Shown: one piece after another, positions 24,661 to 38,274 of the stretch
Position numbering within the stretch: position 1 is the first letter of the stretch
How the letters are laid out: every line of letters starts with the position of its first letter
NCBI GenBank assembly: GCA_964016885.1
Contig: OZ024746.1
Location: 93,496,001-93,560,000 of the forward strand
DNA length: 64,000 bases
Source: Eledone cirrhosa
Taxonomy: Eukaryota
Direction of reading: 5' to 3'
Notes under the pieces: model-generated
What the model was told of the DNA's origin: nothing
Database searches by the model: none
The model's input: only the letters and a program-made list of their open reading frames with translations
Program-made: the position numbers and the translations under genes

Positions 24661-26231
24661 TGGGTGCTTTTTGTCATGACACCAGTCATTAGATGAAAGC
24701 GTCCATGTTTCACTTCCATATAGCAAGATTGGTAGAAGTTCAATATTTGATTACAGGTCTACCAAATATAAGCAAAATATTTGAGTACATGGAATCTATG
24801 AAAATATTCAACAAGAGAAACTTCTGTTTTATAGCTTCCCTTGTTTCTTATTTTTATTTTCTGATGATATAATCTGACTCCCAGTGGCCTCCTTCAATAT
24901 TTGACATTTAAAAAAAAATATTCTTTGGTTTTTTTATCCCTTTAAAATTTTTTTAATTACTTTTCTCACTAGCTCTTTTTGATTACCAAATGTAAGGAGT
25001 ACTCGATACTTCTCCTAGTCTGTCATGACTTACTAGCTCTATATGGACTTTTAAATTAAATAAATAAATAATGTATAAATATTTTTTTAATTTATTGGCC
25101 ATGCGGGTCAGAACCAAAACACCCTAGATCCAGAGCCTATCACCCTCTCCCCTTCCACCTCCCTCCTGTCACCCAAGAGTCCTTGCTTTTTCCCTTCTTT
25201 TTCTCTCATGGCATTTATAGTCCTTTCCTCTACTTTCCCATACAACCAGATCTACTCTTCTTTACCTCTTCCCCCTTTTTCTCATTACTTAATTTTGTTT
25301 TTATCTCTCTTTTTCATATTTATCTAATTATCAAGTTTTTAAGCCAACTCTGTGAGTGAAACACGTGTATTGAGAATAAGCATGTTATTCATAAACTAAC
25401 TACCAAAAATTAAATAATAGAATAAATATTTGTTGATATAACAACATATATAACTGAATATTGTGGTGTGTAGAAATGAGAACTTCTATGTAGTTTCTCA
25501 GATTGCAGATACTAAACTCATCTCATATTGAAATTTACTAGGCTACTCCTTGTCAGCAGTCTTGTAACTACTACTGTTTACCCCCTCCTTCCTATCATTC
25601 CATCACTGTTTTCCATTTCACTGTCATAGTCACACTCTCCTCTCTTTCATCCTCTTGGCTGTTCACACTCTCAATTATACATGCATTGAAGAAAGAGAAA
25701 CTATGTAGAGTGGTGAGAACTCTTTAGCCTTACAGTGCTGGGGTCATGAGAAGATGCACCCAGTATACTTAGTAAAGTGATTGACAATTGGTTTAGAGAG
25801 GATTCTTCAATCTTATCAAAAAAGATGGCGAACCCTACAGTGCTGGTCCTATGATAAAATATATCCTGTCACTCTGTGAAGTAGTTGGTATTAGGAAGGG
25901 CATCTAGCTGTGGAAACCATGCCAAAATGGAATGATGAATAAGATGTTGTCCTCTGATCCATTTGAGAAGACATTAACTCTGAATAAGAACTAATTTGAA
26001 CCATAATGATTTATTTATCTCAAGCCAACATGAAAAGTGGGCTTAAAAGGATAATCCAAATGTTATTGCCATGAAATTAGGTCTCTGGGAGATTTTTACT
26101 CATTTTTCCACAAGACTAAATACATGGATAGGAGTTTGCATATTAATTTTTCTTGAAATACAACTTAAATATTTCATATTTAAGTAGCTTCTTCAGAGTT
26201 GAAGGAAAGATTGGGCAGAATGCCAGCCTTC

Positions 26232-26897
26232 ACTGAGTTCTTTTGTGGCTATTGTGGTTCCTTTTGACAACTAAGTGAACTGAGGTACTGTAGAATGAGT
26301 TCTATTGTGGTTCCTTTTGACAGCTAGGTGAACTGAGGTACTGTAGAATGAGTTCTATTGTGGTTCCTTTTGACAGCTAGGTGAACTGAGGCAATGTAGA
26401 ATAAAGCAATATTTTCAGAAACCCTATGAGATGTAAACAGCAGATTAGATCTTACTGAGTTCTTTTGTGGCTATTGTGGTTCCTTTTGACAACTAAGTGA
26501 ACTGAGGTACTGTAGAATGAGTTCTATTGTGGTTCCTTTTGACAGCTAGGTGAACTGAGGTACTGTAGAATGAGTTCTATTGTGGTTCCTTTTGACAGCT
26601 AGGTGAACTGAGGCAATGTAGAATAAAGCAATATTTTCAGAAACCCTATGAGATGTAAACAGCAGATTAGATCTTACTGAGTTCTTTTGTGGCTATTGTG
26701 GTTCCTTTTGACAACTAAGTGAACTGAGGTACTGTAGAATGAGTTCTATTGTGGTTCCTTTTGACAGCTAGGTGAACTGAGGTACTGTAGAATGAGTTCT
26801 ATTGTGGTTCCTTTTGACAGCTAGGTGAACTGAGGCAATGTAGAATAAAGCAATATTTTCAGAAACCCTATGAGATGTAAACAGCAGATTAGATCTT
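26232..26897. repeat. Higher-order tandem repeat: 3 x 222 bp, each containing about 3 x 53-bp subunits
   Basis: Units start at 26232, 26454, 26676; subunits at 26249, 26302, 26355. Confidence 0.95.
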
Positions 26898-27520
26898 AGG
26901 ATTAGGAAGTTCAGTAGTTAGCTTATCCACTCTGCCACATCATCTCCACTATCTTTTTCACCCTTTCATTACCACATATCTTATGACAGACACAGTCTGT
27001 ATTTTTTCAAATAATATTAAAAATAAAGAATATATAAACCTTTAGTAATACAATTAACTTTCTCATTATATATCTTGTGTTTTAACTAAAATATTCTTAC
27101 ATAAAATATAATTGTTTCTACTTTTGGCACAAGGCCAGCAATTACCCAGTGCATTACTGGTACTTTATTCTATCGACCCCGGAAGGATGAAAGGCAAAGT
27201 TAATGGAAAGCTTTTTGATAAATACAAACACTTTGAAACAAACAGTTTTGTATCACAGGACCAGGGTTAGTTTCAGGCAGTTTTCTCTCAAAAGGGTTAA
27301 CACTTTAGCATTTAAACCAGCTGTATCCAGCCAGAATTCTTTCACCTCTTTCTGTTCAAACCAGCCGTAACTGGACACTTATACTGATGTTAAGGTATTG
27401 TTCTCAAAATAAATATCAAAATCTCTTAGATTCGATACTATGTGAGATAAAGCCTTTACCGTGGAAATACAATAGTAAATATAGAGTAATGTGGTATCTT
27501 AATCAATTAAATATGTTATT

Positions 27521-27703
27521 AGATTGGCAGTATTGGTAGAGGGTCGGACGCCATGCTTTCCAGCATAGTTACGTCCCTTTACGATCTGAGTTCAAATCCC
27601 GCCGAGGTTGACTTTGCCTTTCATCCTTACGGGGTCGATAAAATAAAGTACCAGTAATGCACTGGGTAATTGCTGGCCTTGTGCCTAAAGTAGAAACAAT
27701 TAT
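27521..27703 (+). mobile_element. SINE family A (partial minus copy at 27108-27203; MITE family 1 copy at 27301-27495)
   Basis: High identity to other family A copies. Confidence 0.85.
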
Positions 27704-28579
27704 TTACAAGTTACAAACCAGTTATTCAAAACATCTTTCAAATCCTTTTGTTTTATTTGAACTCTCAGTCAGTCCTATTCCATTCATCTTCAAATGTGTA
27801 AATTCTCAACCAGTCCATACTGTAAATGTGGTTTGCATTAGAGAGGGCATCCAGTTCTGTATAAGCAAGTCATGGTTATTTGATCTGACTTGTCTCAACG
27901 GCACAACCCATCTAACCCATGCTATCATGGAAAATGGACATTAACGGTGATGAGAATGATACATTTCTCTAGATTGGACTTGAACACATAACCTTTATTT
28001 CTAGTGTAGGATTCTAGTGCTTTTACCTACTAAACCACAGTTCTAGAAATAGTAATTCTAGATATAACAGATAAATATAATTCTAACTACACCCCAATCA
28101 TAATCATCATCATTTAACATCCATTTTTTTTCTCTGCTAGCAATGGTTTTATCTTCTACTATAGCCTTGGGTTATAAAAAGTTCCTAACAAGGACTGAAC
28201 ATAATAGAATCAAATTGCCATAGTCACAGCCTCAGTCTCTCTTACTCTCCCCATCTCTCACTATTATAAGCAAATGTGGGCCCACATGTTGGCCAATCCA
28301 CAGACCCAGTGGACAGAATATAGAAGGTGTTTCCTGGAGGATGGTGAGGGAGACATTTTATTATGTTGTCACAAACTGATCAGTATTCAGGCAGAGCCTC
28401 AGACCTCCAGGTAGGAAGAGGGCCCCAACATATGATCCTGAGCTCTATCAACTGCATTTTATCATGGCACCAACACTATAGTAGTTGTCATGTTTTTGAC
28501 ACAGCTGAATAAACCAGTCATAGAAATCCTTGGCAGGTTTTCTGTGATTGGATACTCTTCCTTTCACCAACTATCATTG

Positions 28580-28778
28580 TCTTTAGCATTTATATATATT
28601 ATTGTATTTTCGTGATAAAGGTTTTATCTCACGTAATATCAAATCTATGAGATTTTGATATTATTTATTTTGAGAACAACATCTTAACATAAGTATGAGT
28701 GGCTGGTTATGGCTAGTTTGAACAGAAAGAGGTGAGAAAAATCTGGCCGGATATGGCCGGTTTAAATGCTAATGGGTT
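28580..28778. mobile_element. piggyBac-type MITE family 1, reverse orientation
   Basis: CTTTAGCATTT ... AAATGCTAATGGG; internal match to 40192-40412. Confidence 0.7.
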
Positions 28779-30140
28779 ATAGAAAGTTAAGGAGACATGA
28801 GATACTGTAGTCGTAGATACTCCTAAAAATATGGGATGGTTGATGATCTTTGAACATAGGTTCAATCAAGTTTGATTTGTGCCTAAACAACAACAACAAC
28901 AAGAATAACCAAAGTTCCATTTAAGTCTCTGTGTTAGAAATAAAGGTCTTAAGTTAGAACTTCTTCTATATGTAGGAGTGGAGGCATGTGGCCTAGTGGT
29001 AAGGGTTTGATTCCTGGATTGGGTTGTGTGTTTTGTTCTTGAGCAAAACACTTCTCCAGTATATTCAGCTGAAAATGAGTACCAGCAATAGGTGGGGGTT
29101 TAACCCTGTGATGGACTGGTGTCCTGTCCAGGTGAAGAGGGGGGGGGGATGTTTCTTGTACTCCCAGTTGCTTTCATACCATCAAACTGGGATAAGTACC
29201 AGCCTGACGAGCTTCCTGGCTTGTGACAGAGAGAGAGAGAGAGACAAACTTTATGTAGGAGGTATATGGTATCTTAATATCATCTGAAAATGAACTTATT
29301 AAAACATACAGTAAGAGAAAAGAAAAGAAAATAAACACAAAAAAAAAACAATATATAAGTGGATAAATTCTCCAGAGATTTTTAATTACATGGTAGATAA
29401 TCTGTAAAACGAGAACCATATGTTTAACCCTTTTGTGACCATATTTCTGATAAGAATAGGCTGCCTGTGTTTATATTAAATTTGAAAATAATGAAGTATT
29501 TGTGGGGATTTATAATGAAAACTAATATTATAATGAAAACTAATGTTGTTTTCATTATAAAGCTGGTGTTTGGAACATAATTTAACAAAAAGTTCTTACA
29601 TAAAATTCACCTTGGAAGGTTTTAATTTAGATATGAACAGTTTTAAAGCAGGAGGTTTTGTATCATAGAACCAGAATTGTTGAGGGGAAAATCTAATAAT
29701 TATAGGACTGCCTGTTTTGAAACATAGACATCATGATCACAACTAACAATTAATATGTAAGCCTGACTAACACAACCTACATCTTACAGTCATAGAGAGA
29801 ATACTTGTCAACTAACCATTAAAATGTGAACCAAACTGATACACCATACATCCTGCAATCCTAGATAGCATCAGCAAAGTCATCAATTTTATTGATCACA
29901 TGTGAACGAACATACACACACACACATACCTACCCCGAATATATATATATATATGTGTGTGTGTGTATGTGTGTGTGCATATATATATATATATATGTGT
30001 GAATATATATATATATATATATGTGTGAAGATATATATATATATATGTGTGTGTGTGTGCATGTGTGTGTGTGTGCATATGTATATATATATATGTGTGA
30101 ATATATATATATATATATATGTGTGAAGATATATATATAT

Positions 30141-30882
30141 AAGGACCTAACTTATCGAGTGCTTTGCTAACTCATCATTTCATATAAGTAGGCAGAATTT
30201 ACTTGCAAACCGTCAGAGATTCGATTTTACTAAATTCCCAATTATATTATTCTCCCAATTATATTATTCTCCTAGATTTAATAATTAACTAATTAATTTT
30301 ATTAGACAATTCTGTTGATTGGTTAATTATTTGTGTTTGTTTTATAACATCTAGTTGAGAGCTTATCATGATGATTAGCGGAAATTAAAATATTTCCTTT
30401 GTCTAACATTTTGAATGACCCGCCAAAAATCGGGGGTTATTTCCCTTGCTGGAATTAACACGTGACAACTATAGATACGATACGCTGCATTTAGCAGCAA
30501 CATTTAGCCTATCACCCCTGTTCTGGGTAGAATGAAAAGCCTGTTGAAAAACTGAATCTTCCGTTCGATCTTGAATACCACGAGTTTGCCAGTCACGTAA
30601 GTTTGATACTTGATTTCGGATTCAAAGAAACACTTTAAACTTATAATCGTTCGATTTGTCCAGGTGTATTTTTCTCAACCTGTTAGTTCTATCGTTACTT
30701 TGGTATATTATTGTGTGTTAGATTTTGCCTACCACAGTGTTCGATTTGTTAGGCTATTTAAACGTATGTTATTACTCTAAGGACCTAACTTATCGAGTGC
30801 TTTGCTAACTCATCATTTCATATAAGTAGGCCGAATTTACTTGCAAACCGCCAGAGATTCGATTTGACTAAATTCCCAATTA
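30141..30882. mobile_element. ORF-less element bounded by ~104-bp direct repeats, inserted in (TA)n
   Basis: 30141-30244 and 30779-30882 differ at about 3 positions; period 638 bp; no TG...CA ends. Confidence 0.7.
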
Positions 30883-30898
30883 TATATATATATATGTG

Positions 30899-30934
<36 letters not shown>

Positions 30935-31019
30935 AAGATATATATATATATGTGTGTGTGAATATATATATATATATATATGTGTGAATATATATATATA
31001 TATGTGTGAATATATATAT

Positions 31020-31845
31020 CTAGGGGAGGGTAAAATTCCCGAGATCCATGGACGAGTTCTCTCCAGCGGTCTCTGTCCCTCATTATCGCTGCCATGTCCT
31101 GCATCTCCAACAGACCAGTGTCTGTCCTTAGGGCATCAACATACTTTAACCTTGGTCTTCCTCTTCCAGTGTGTCAATGTAGGGGCTCCCACAGGAGCAC
31201 TGAGTGCAATTTCAACTCTGGATGTCGGTGAGCATGTCCAGCTAAACTCAGTCTCCTCTGTGTCACTTTTGAGCTGACTTTTGGGAGGCTCCCATACAGC
31301 TCTGAGTTTTTCATCCTCTGATTAATGTTCAGAGCCATCCTCAGCATTCTCGTGTAGCACCCTTCCACCATCTGAGTGAGTTTCTTGGTCAGTGTCCAAG
31401 TCTCAGACCCGTACAGCAGCACAGACTCCATGACAGCAATGAAGAGGCGGATTTTCAGGTCTTTACGAAGGTCCGACTTCCACACCGATCTCAAGCTGTG
31501 GCACACCACCCAGGCTTTGCCCTTCCTCTCAACCACATCATCTTCCATATTCCCAATCTTTGCTCCCAAATACAGGAAGCCCTCAACCAATTCTAGCGGC
31601 TTCCCGCCTACATTAGTGATCCCCTCCGGCTTCCCGCCTACATTAGTGATCCCCTCCGGCTTCTCAACATTCCCTACCAGATATTTTGTTTTAGTCTTAT
31701 TCATTCTCAGCCCCACACTCATCGACACAGTCTCAACCTCTTGCATCAAATCCTCTGCCTCCTTCACTGGATTTGTCACCAAAATTATGTCGTCGGCAAA
31801 TTCAGCATCTGATACCTTTTTCGCCTTAACTCTCCTGCTCTGAGC
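31020..31845 (-). pseudogene. RTE-group LINE 3' part (RT motif FADD to C-terminus)
   Basis: [10 protein letters not shown]...[10 protein letters not shown]...FLYLG...[22 protein letters not shown]...RRLSLAGH; in-frame 30-bp duplication [10 protein letters not shown] x2. Confidence 0.9.
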
Positions 31846-31927
31846 ATATATATATATGTGAATATATATATATATATATATATGTATATATGTGAATATA
31901 TATATATATGTATATATATATATATGA

Positions 31928-32003
<76 letters not shown>

Positions 32004-32317
32004 CATCTCCATTTAACATCAATTTTCTGTTAGACAGGTCATCGACGTTATGTGACAGGTCAAGCTAGTTGGCTGCACTGTACTGTCCTCAAATGGCAGG
32101 GATTTTTACAGCTCGATGCCCTTCCTAACACTAAAATTGTTTACATATGGTGCAGCCAACTGGCCAGACCCTCCTCATAATGCTACCACCCAGCTCCACA
32201 CTGTAAACATGGTTAGTGTTAGGAAGGGCATCCAGGAGCTGTAAAAAAACCTGCCTAACCCATGCAAGCATGGAAAAATAGATGTTAAAAGGTGATGATG
32301 ATGATGATTTCCCACCC

Positions 32318-32360
<43 letters not shown>

Positions 32361-32364
<4 letters not shown>

Positions 32365-32791
32365 TGGTAGTGAGACATGGGCAGAAACTGCAGAGGATAT
32401 GCGACGGCTGGAGAGAAATGAGGCAAACATGCTCCGTTGGATGTGCAATGTCAATGTGCGTGAATAACCGAGCATAGATGTGTTGAGAGAGAAACAGTGT
32501 CTGAGAGGGATAGATTGTAGTGTGCGAGAGAGGAGACTGAGGTGGTATGGACATGTGATGCACATGGAGGATGACCGATGGGTGAAGAAGTGCCCGGAAT
32601 GCCAGTTGAAGGAAGAGGTGGTAGAGGTAGACCACAAAAAACATGGGTGGAGGTGGTGAGAACCTCAGATCGCTGAAGCTCACAGTGGAGATGACGAAGG
32701 ACCGTGACAAGTGGAGAGATGCTGTGCTGAATAGGACCCATCCCACCCTTTCAAGCAGGGAAAGGCGGACGTAAAATGATGATGATGATGA
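32361..32791 (+). pseudogene. RTE family A 3' fragment with (GAT)n tail
   Basis: MHGSETWAETAEDMRRLERNEANMLRWMC...; high similarity to 49742-50180. Confidence 0.9.
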
Positions 32792-33016
32792 TATATATAT
32801 TTTGCCTTTTAAAAAACTAGCATCATGGAAGAGATCCAAGTGAAGCAGTTAATAGAACAGTCTTAATCCTATTATATCAATTGTCTTAGTATTGTCTTAA
32901 TAGTATAATCTTAATATTATGGAATTAGTAGTATAAATATTTCAACAAATTTACACGTCTACACAGCTGAAATCTAATATCAGTATCTATCATACACCAC
33001 TTCATATAATCCAAAG

Positions 33017-33145
<129 letters not shown>

Positions 33146-33175
33146 TGTATATATATATATAGAGAGAGAGAGGCA

Positions 33176-33234
33176 GATGGATTAAGTTGACTACCCATTA
33201 CTGTTGCCTACATGGGTAGTCAACTTAATCCATC
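33176..33234. repeat. Perfect 23-bp inverted repeat with 13-nt loop
   Basis: GATGGATTAAGTTGACTACCCAT / ATGGGTAGTCAACTTAATCCATC. Confidence 0.9.
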
Positions 33235-33479
33235 ACCTGGTTTAGCACCACCATCTGACCCTTTAGTAGACTTTTCCTGGAGGTAGATGAACCTCACCTG
33301 GTAGTGAATGTTTCACAAAGATCTAAAGGTCATCAACATCATCTAGAATTGATGCATCAGACTAGCAGTGGACCGTGTGCAATGGAGGATGCATGTTACT
33401 CAGCACAGGAGGATCTTATTATTATTATTGAGTCACTACATCACACTCATCCAGTGTTGCACACAGAGCCTTGCCTAGA

Positions 33480-33712
33480 GTGTTAAGGTTTCAAGGTCGT
33501 TAAGTGTGCATGAGTCTTCAAGGATGGGGTAAACTAGAAGGTGCTCCATAGTTTGTAATTCCCCACATTGGCAGTTGGAATCATCATTGGTGGTATATCC
33601 CTTTTCTGAAGGTTGGCTCTAAAGTGACCAACGGCTGTTCCGTGGTGATTCAAGCAGGACCAGAAGGGCCAGGCATCACTGGAACCAGAGGGGAGGGATT
33701 CTGTAGGGCTGA
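33480..33712 (-). pseudogene. Vingi/Ingi-like LINE C-terminal zinc-finger relic
   Basis: LPSGSSDAWPFWSCLNHHGTAVGHFRANLQK / GYTTNDDSNCQCGELQTMEHLLVYPILEDSCTLNDL across one frameshift, matching W..LNRLRTG.G..K.NL.KWG.....C.CGE.QTM.HL..C. Confidence 0.7.
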
Positions 33713-34001
33713 GAGAGAGAGAGCTTGTGTTCCATATTGTTAAAGTGGCTGTAACACAGGGACAGGCGTTCACTAGCAACTCTGTTGTTCAGTGGTTCAA
33801 CTGAGTGTAGAAAGCTGTGTCTTGACTTGAGCCTCATTGTCATTGGTTCACCACCATGGAGTGAGTGATGAGGGTCAGTTTCCTAAGACTAGGGTTATTT
33901 GACAGCCTTCTATACAGTTTCGTTCTACCCAATTTTACTCACACTACTTTGGATAACTTGGGGCTATGATAAAGACACTTGCTCAGAATGACATTCATTA
34001 A

Positions 34002-34581
34002 CCCTTTAGCATTTAAACCAACCGTATCCGGCCACAATTCTGTCACCTCTTTCTGTTCAAACCGGCTGTAACCAGCCATTCATATTGATGTTAAGGTATT
34101 GTTCCCAAAATAAATATCAAAATCTCATAGATTTGGTATTATGTAAGGTAAAGCCTTTACTGTGAAAATATAACAGTAAATATAGGGTAAACACCATCAT
34201 CATCATCATCATTTTATGTCCGCTTTTCCCTGCTTGCAAGGGTGGGACGGGAATTGATTCTGGCTTGATTTCTACAGCTGGATGCCCTTCCTAACACCAA
34301 CCTCATTTACAGTGAGTGCTGGGTGCTTTTTTTCCGTGGCACCTCCACGTCCACTTTATAGTGTAGGCTGGGTGTGTTTTTGTCGTGGCACCTCCACGAC
34401 CACTTTACAGTGGAATGATAGGGACCCCAGTCCTATCATCTCATTTCTACAGCTGAGTAAACTGGAACAATGTGAAATAAAGTGTCTTGCTCAAGGAATT
34501 GAACTCACAACCTTTCGATTGTAAAGCCAATGCTCTAACCACTAAGCCATGTGCCTCCATTGTAATGTAATTACTAAAGGG
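34002..34581. mobile_element. piggyBac-type MITE family 1 interrupted by a family B SINE (34195-34560, minus)
   Basis: TTAA-CCCTTTAG ... CTAAAGGG-TTAA with the SINE between. Confidence 0.8.
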
Positions 34582-35682
34582 TTAAACTCAAACCCAAGAC
34601 TTCATAGACATGTCTGCAACCACAATTGCACTTTACATGCTAATTTAATGAGCCATTGATCAAACAATTAGGAACTCACTCATGTGTCACAAGTGTTTGT
34701 GTGTGTTTGTACGTGTGTGTGTTGGACCTTCATTGGTCCCAGTGTTTAAACAATAGAATATCTTGCTAATGAAATTAGTGGCAGGTGGCTGCACATTCCA
34801 CATATCCATGTATTCTTCATGTAGTTCTCATCAACAATCAATGGTACAACACACTTTTGCTGGATCAATGTGATTTAAGTGTTCTGTTCAATGACATAAC
34901 ACGTAGCCAGGAATTGAATTCAAATCCTTATGATTGTGACTGAACATCCTAACCCCTAAGTCACGTGCCTTCCCTATATACATATATCTAAGTCTAAAGT
35001 CTGTTACAAGCCCGGAAGCTCATCAAGCCAGTGCTTATCCTGGTTTCCATGGTGTTAAGCAGCTGAGATTACAATATTCGCCTCTGGACAGGACGCCATT
35101 CCATCATGGGATTAAACTCCCAGCTATTGCTGGTACTCATTTTCAGTTGAGTATACTGGAGCAACATGAAATGAAGTGTTTTGCTCAAGATCACAATGCA
35201 CAACCCAGTCCAGGAATCAAACCCAGGACGTAATGGTCATAAGTCCAACACACTTACCACTAGACCATACACATCCACATATATACATATAAAATATATA
35301 CATGCAGGTCACTCAAAGCCAATGGAACCTGTGGAAGAGGAAACACTAGAAAAGCATGGGATGAAGTGGTAACGACTCATCTAAATAAGTTGAGCCTCAC
35401 AGAGGAAATGACACAGGATTAAGTCAGCTGGTGATATACATCATACTACAGAAGACTCACAACTCTACACAAGTGGGATGAAACAAGCTTGGGGAAGATG
35501 ACTGTAAAAGACATAAAGATGCAACAACACTTAAGCTGCCCTCTTCCATCACCCCTTCCTCACTATCTATTCTCCTCACCTAGTCCCTCTCCCCTGCACA
35601 CTTTATATTTCCCTCCCCCACCATAGTCTTTCCCTCCCACCCACCTTACCTTCAATCATTCACATACTTGACTTCTCTAAAC

Positions 35683-35847
35683 CAGTGGTTCTCAACCTTT
35701 TTTTACTCATGGACCCCTTTTCGCTTATTTTTTTGGAGGGTGGACCCCCTCACAGCTATTCGACAAAAGAATATTTTTTGCCTGTGGACCCCCAGGAATA
35801 CTACATGGAGCCCCAGGGTCCACATGGACCCTGGTTGAGAATCACTG
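35683..35847. mobile_element. hAT MITE
   Basis: CAGTGGTTCTCAACC / GGTTGAGAATCACTG; TSD CTCTAAAC / ATCTAAAC. Confidence 0.85.
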
Positions 35848-36619
35848 ATCTAAACCTAAAGGCTGATCCATCCCACAACACTGCCAGATCTCACTTACCC
35901 TAAGGCTAGCCTACTCCACCATGTCCTACTCACAGGCTGTTTAAAACCCGGCTTTCATCCTCCCTCACTCCCTGTCACTCTTCTAGCTTGGCTAAGGATA
36001 CTAGAGCCCTGGTATTAAAATGTGGTAGTACAGGTTCCACAATAAAATGTGCTCAATGTTCTGCCCACACTGGAAAGGGAAAGTGATGGAACTATCATAA
36101 AATGCAACCACCCCACTCTATAAATTTGTAGTGGCAGAGCCACAAGAAAACAAACCCTGTACACTCTGTGAAGTGGCTGGGGTTAGGAAGGGCATCCAGT
36201 TGTAGAAATCATGCCAAAATGGAATGTATGAGCAAGACACAATCATCTGACTTGTCTGCCTAATCTCAGAATTTGACAACCTGTCTAACCCATGCAAGCA
36301 TGGAAGATGATAGATAGATATTTACTCAGTGTCATCTCAAATCTGTTACTTAAGCTTATTAACATTTAATGTCCTGTATCTAATGAAACCACATTAGCAA
36401 GACATTCTTGAATACTATAAATCAATACTATGACTGCAACACATTAGAAATTAATGTATTTAATCATCATCATCATCACTGTTTAACGTCCATTTTTTCA
36501 TGCTAGCATGGGTTAGATGAGTTGTCTTGCTGTGAAACAAGCCAGATCAGATGACCGTGTCTTACTCATACAGAACTGTTTCTGGCTTGGTTTCTATGGT
36601 TGGATGCCCTTCCTAATGC

Positions 36620-37375
36620 CAACCACTTTACAGTATGAACTGGGTGCTTTTCATCAAAAGACCTACTCAGCCACTCTGCATTGTGGACTGAGCCCTTTTT
36701 GTTGTGACACCTACACAAAACAACTTTACAGTGTGGGTTGGGCCCTTTTTGCTGTGACATCTACACAACCACTTTACAGTGTGTTTTGGGCCCTTTTTGT
36801 TGTGACACCTTCATGACCACTTTACAGTGTGGACTGGGTGCTTTTTGTTGTGACACCTACACAACCACTTTACAGTGTGGACTGTGTGCTTTTTGTTGTG
36901 ACACCTACACAACCACTTTACAGTGTGGATTGGGCCCTTTTTGTTGTGACACCTACACAACCACTTTACAGTGTGGACTGTGTGCTTTTTGTTGTGACAC
37001 CTACACAACCACTTTACAGTGTGGATTGGGCCCTTTTTGTTGTGACACCTACACAACCACTTTACAGTGTGGGTTGGTCCATTTTTGTTGTGACACCTAC
37101 ACAACCACTTTACAGTGTGGATTGGGCGCTTTTTGTTGTGACACCTACACAACCACTTCACAGTGTGGGTTGGGCCATTTTTGTTGTGACACCTACACAA
37201 CCACTTTACAGTGTGGACTGGGCGCTTTTTGTTGTGACACCTACACAACCACTTTGCAGTGTCGGTTGAGCCCTTTTGTTGTGACACCTACACAACCCCT
37301 TTACAGTGTGGACTGGGTGCTTTTTGTTGTGACACCTACACAACCCCTTTACAGTATGGACTGGGCCCTTTTTAT
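36620..37375. repeat. 48-bp minisatellite (~15 copies) within a SINE/LINE-tail sequence
   Basis: Unit GTGACACCTACACAACCACTTTACAGTGTGGACTGGGTGCTTTTTGTT following GGATGCCCTTCCTAATGCCAAC. Confidence 0.95.
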
Positions 37376-38274
37376 TGTAAATATATGAATTAAGAAACCA
37401 GTATTTTTTAGATCCATTCATGAGCTTTATATCGAATGATATTAATATTTGATTAATCAAACAGCCTCATTACACTATGTGTTTTAAACGACAATCATCT
37501 TTTTGTTCTAACATTTGCTTGTTATCAAATTGAATATTAACATTATTCGATATAAAACTCACAAATGCATTTACGTATCTGCTATGTTAGAGCAAAACTA
37601 ATTTCGTTTTTATTTTTTATATATTTTCTGTTAAATCAGGCCAAAATGTTAAGAATTAACTGACATAATAATGTGTAATAAGGATGGTTCCTCATTTGTG
37701 AGATATATCAGTTCTATTGTGAAAATAAACATAACTGCCCTTACAGTTGACCTTATTGCTTCACAGATCTATCGACAGTACAATAAGTGCTAATACAATG
37801 TAGTGAGCAGGATAATTCTAATTAATCAACATTACTCCAAATAAAGGTCAACACTCCATATTGACCTCTCTGGCTTACTATGTACTCTAGGCACTAGGAT
37901 TTTTTTTTTGTCTTTTTTCAAATTTATTTATTTATTTATTAACTAATATTGCAGTGCTTTTTATGTAACAATCTATTTTAGATTATATGTTAAATAGGAA
38001 TTAAACTTGTTCAATTGTTGGTGTAGACCCATGGCAATACCTAGTGAGTAAAAATTATGGATACAATGCATCACTCGGTCCGAGAATTGAACTAGCAACC
38101 TCTCAATTGCAAGTCCATGCCCCTTCCCTTATTTACATACATGCACAGAAGACCTGTCTTCCCTTGCATACAAACCTACAGTCAGTAGGCACCTCTTAAC
38201 CCTATATACTCCCCACCCCACACACCCTACCCCATCCTCCCATTTCTGTCTACTGTGTCAGTGACACAACAAAA

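Noticed and set aside
23361-24696. ~400-aa ORFs in three frames and CRISPR-like periodicity (also 36738-37388, 38227-38904, 41275-42085)
   Set aside because: Head-to-tail minisatellites with no unique spacers and no cas genes, in a eukaryotic context
30141-30182. Hammerhead in the direct repeat (minus ATGATGAG...GATA)
   Set aside because: Two invariant core positions differ in both copies and no stem I is evident
37415-37565. Imperfect ~35-bp inverted repeat
   Set aside because: AT-rich and diverged with no clear termini; probably an old MITE relic, too weak to classify
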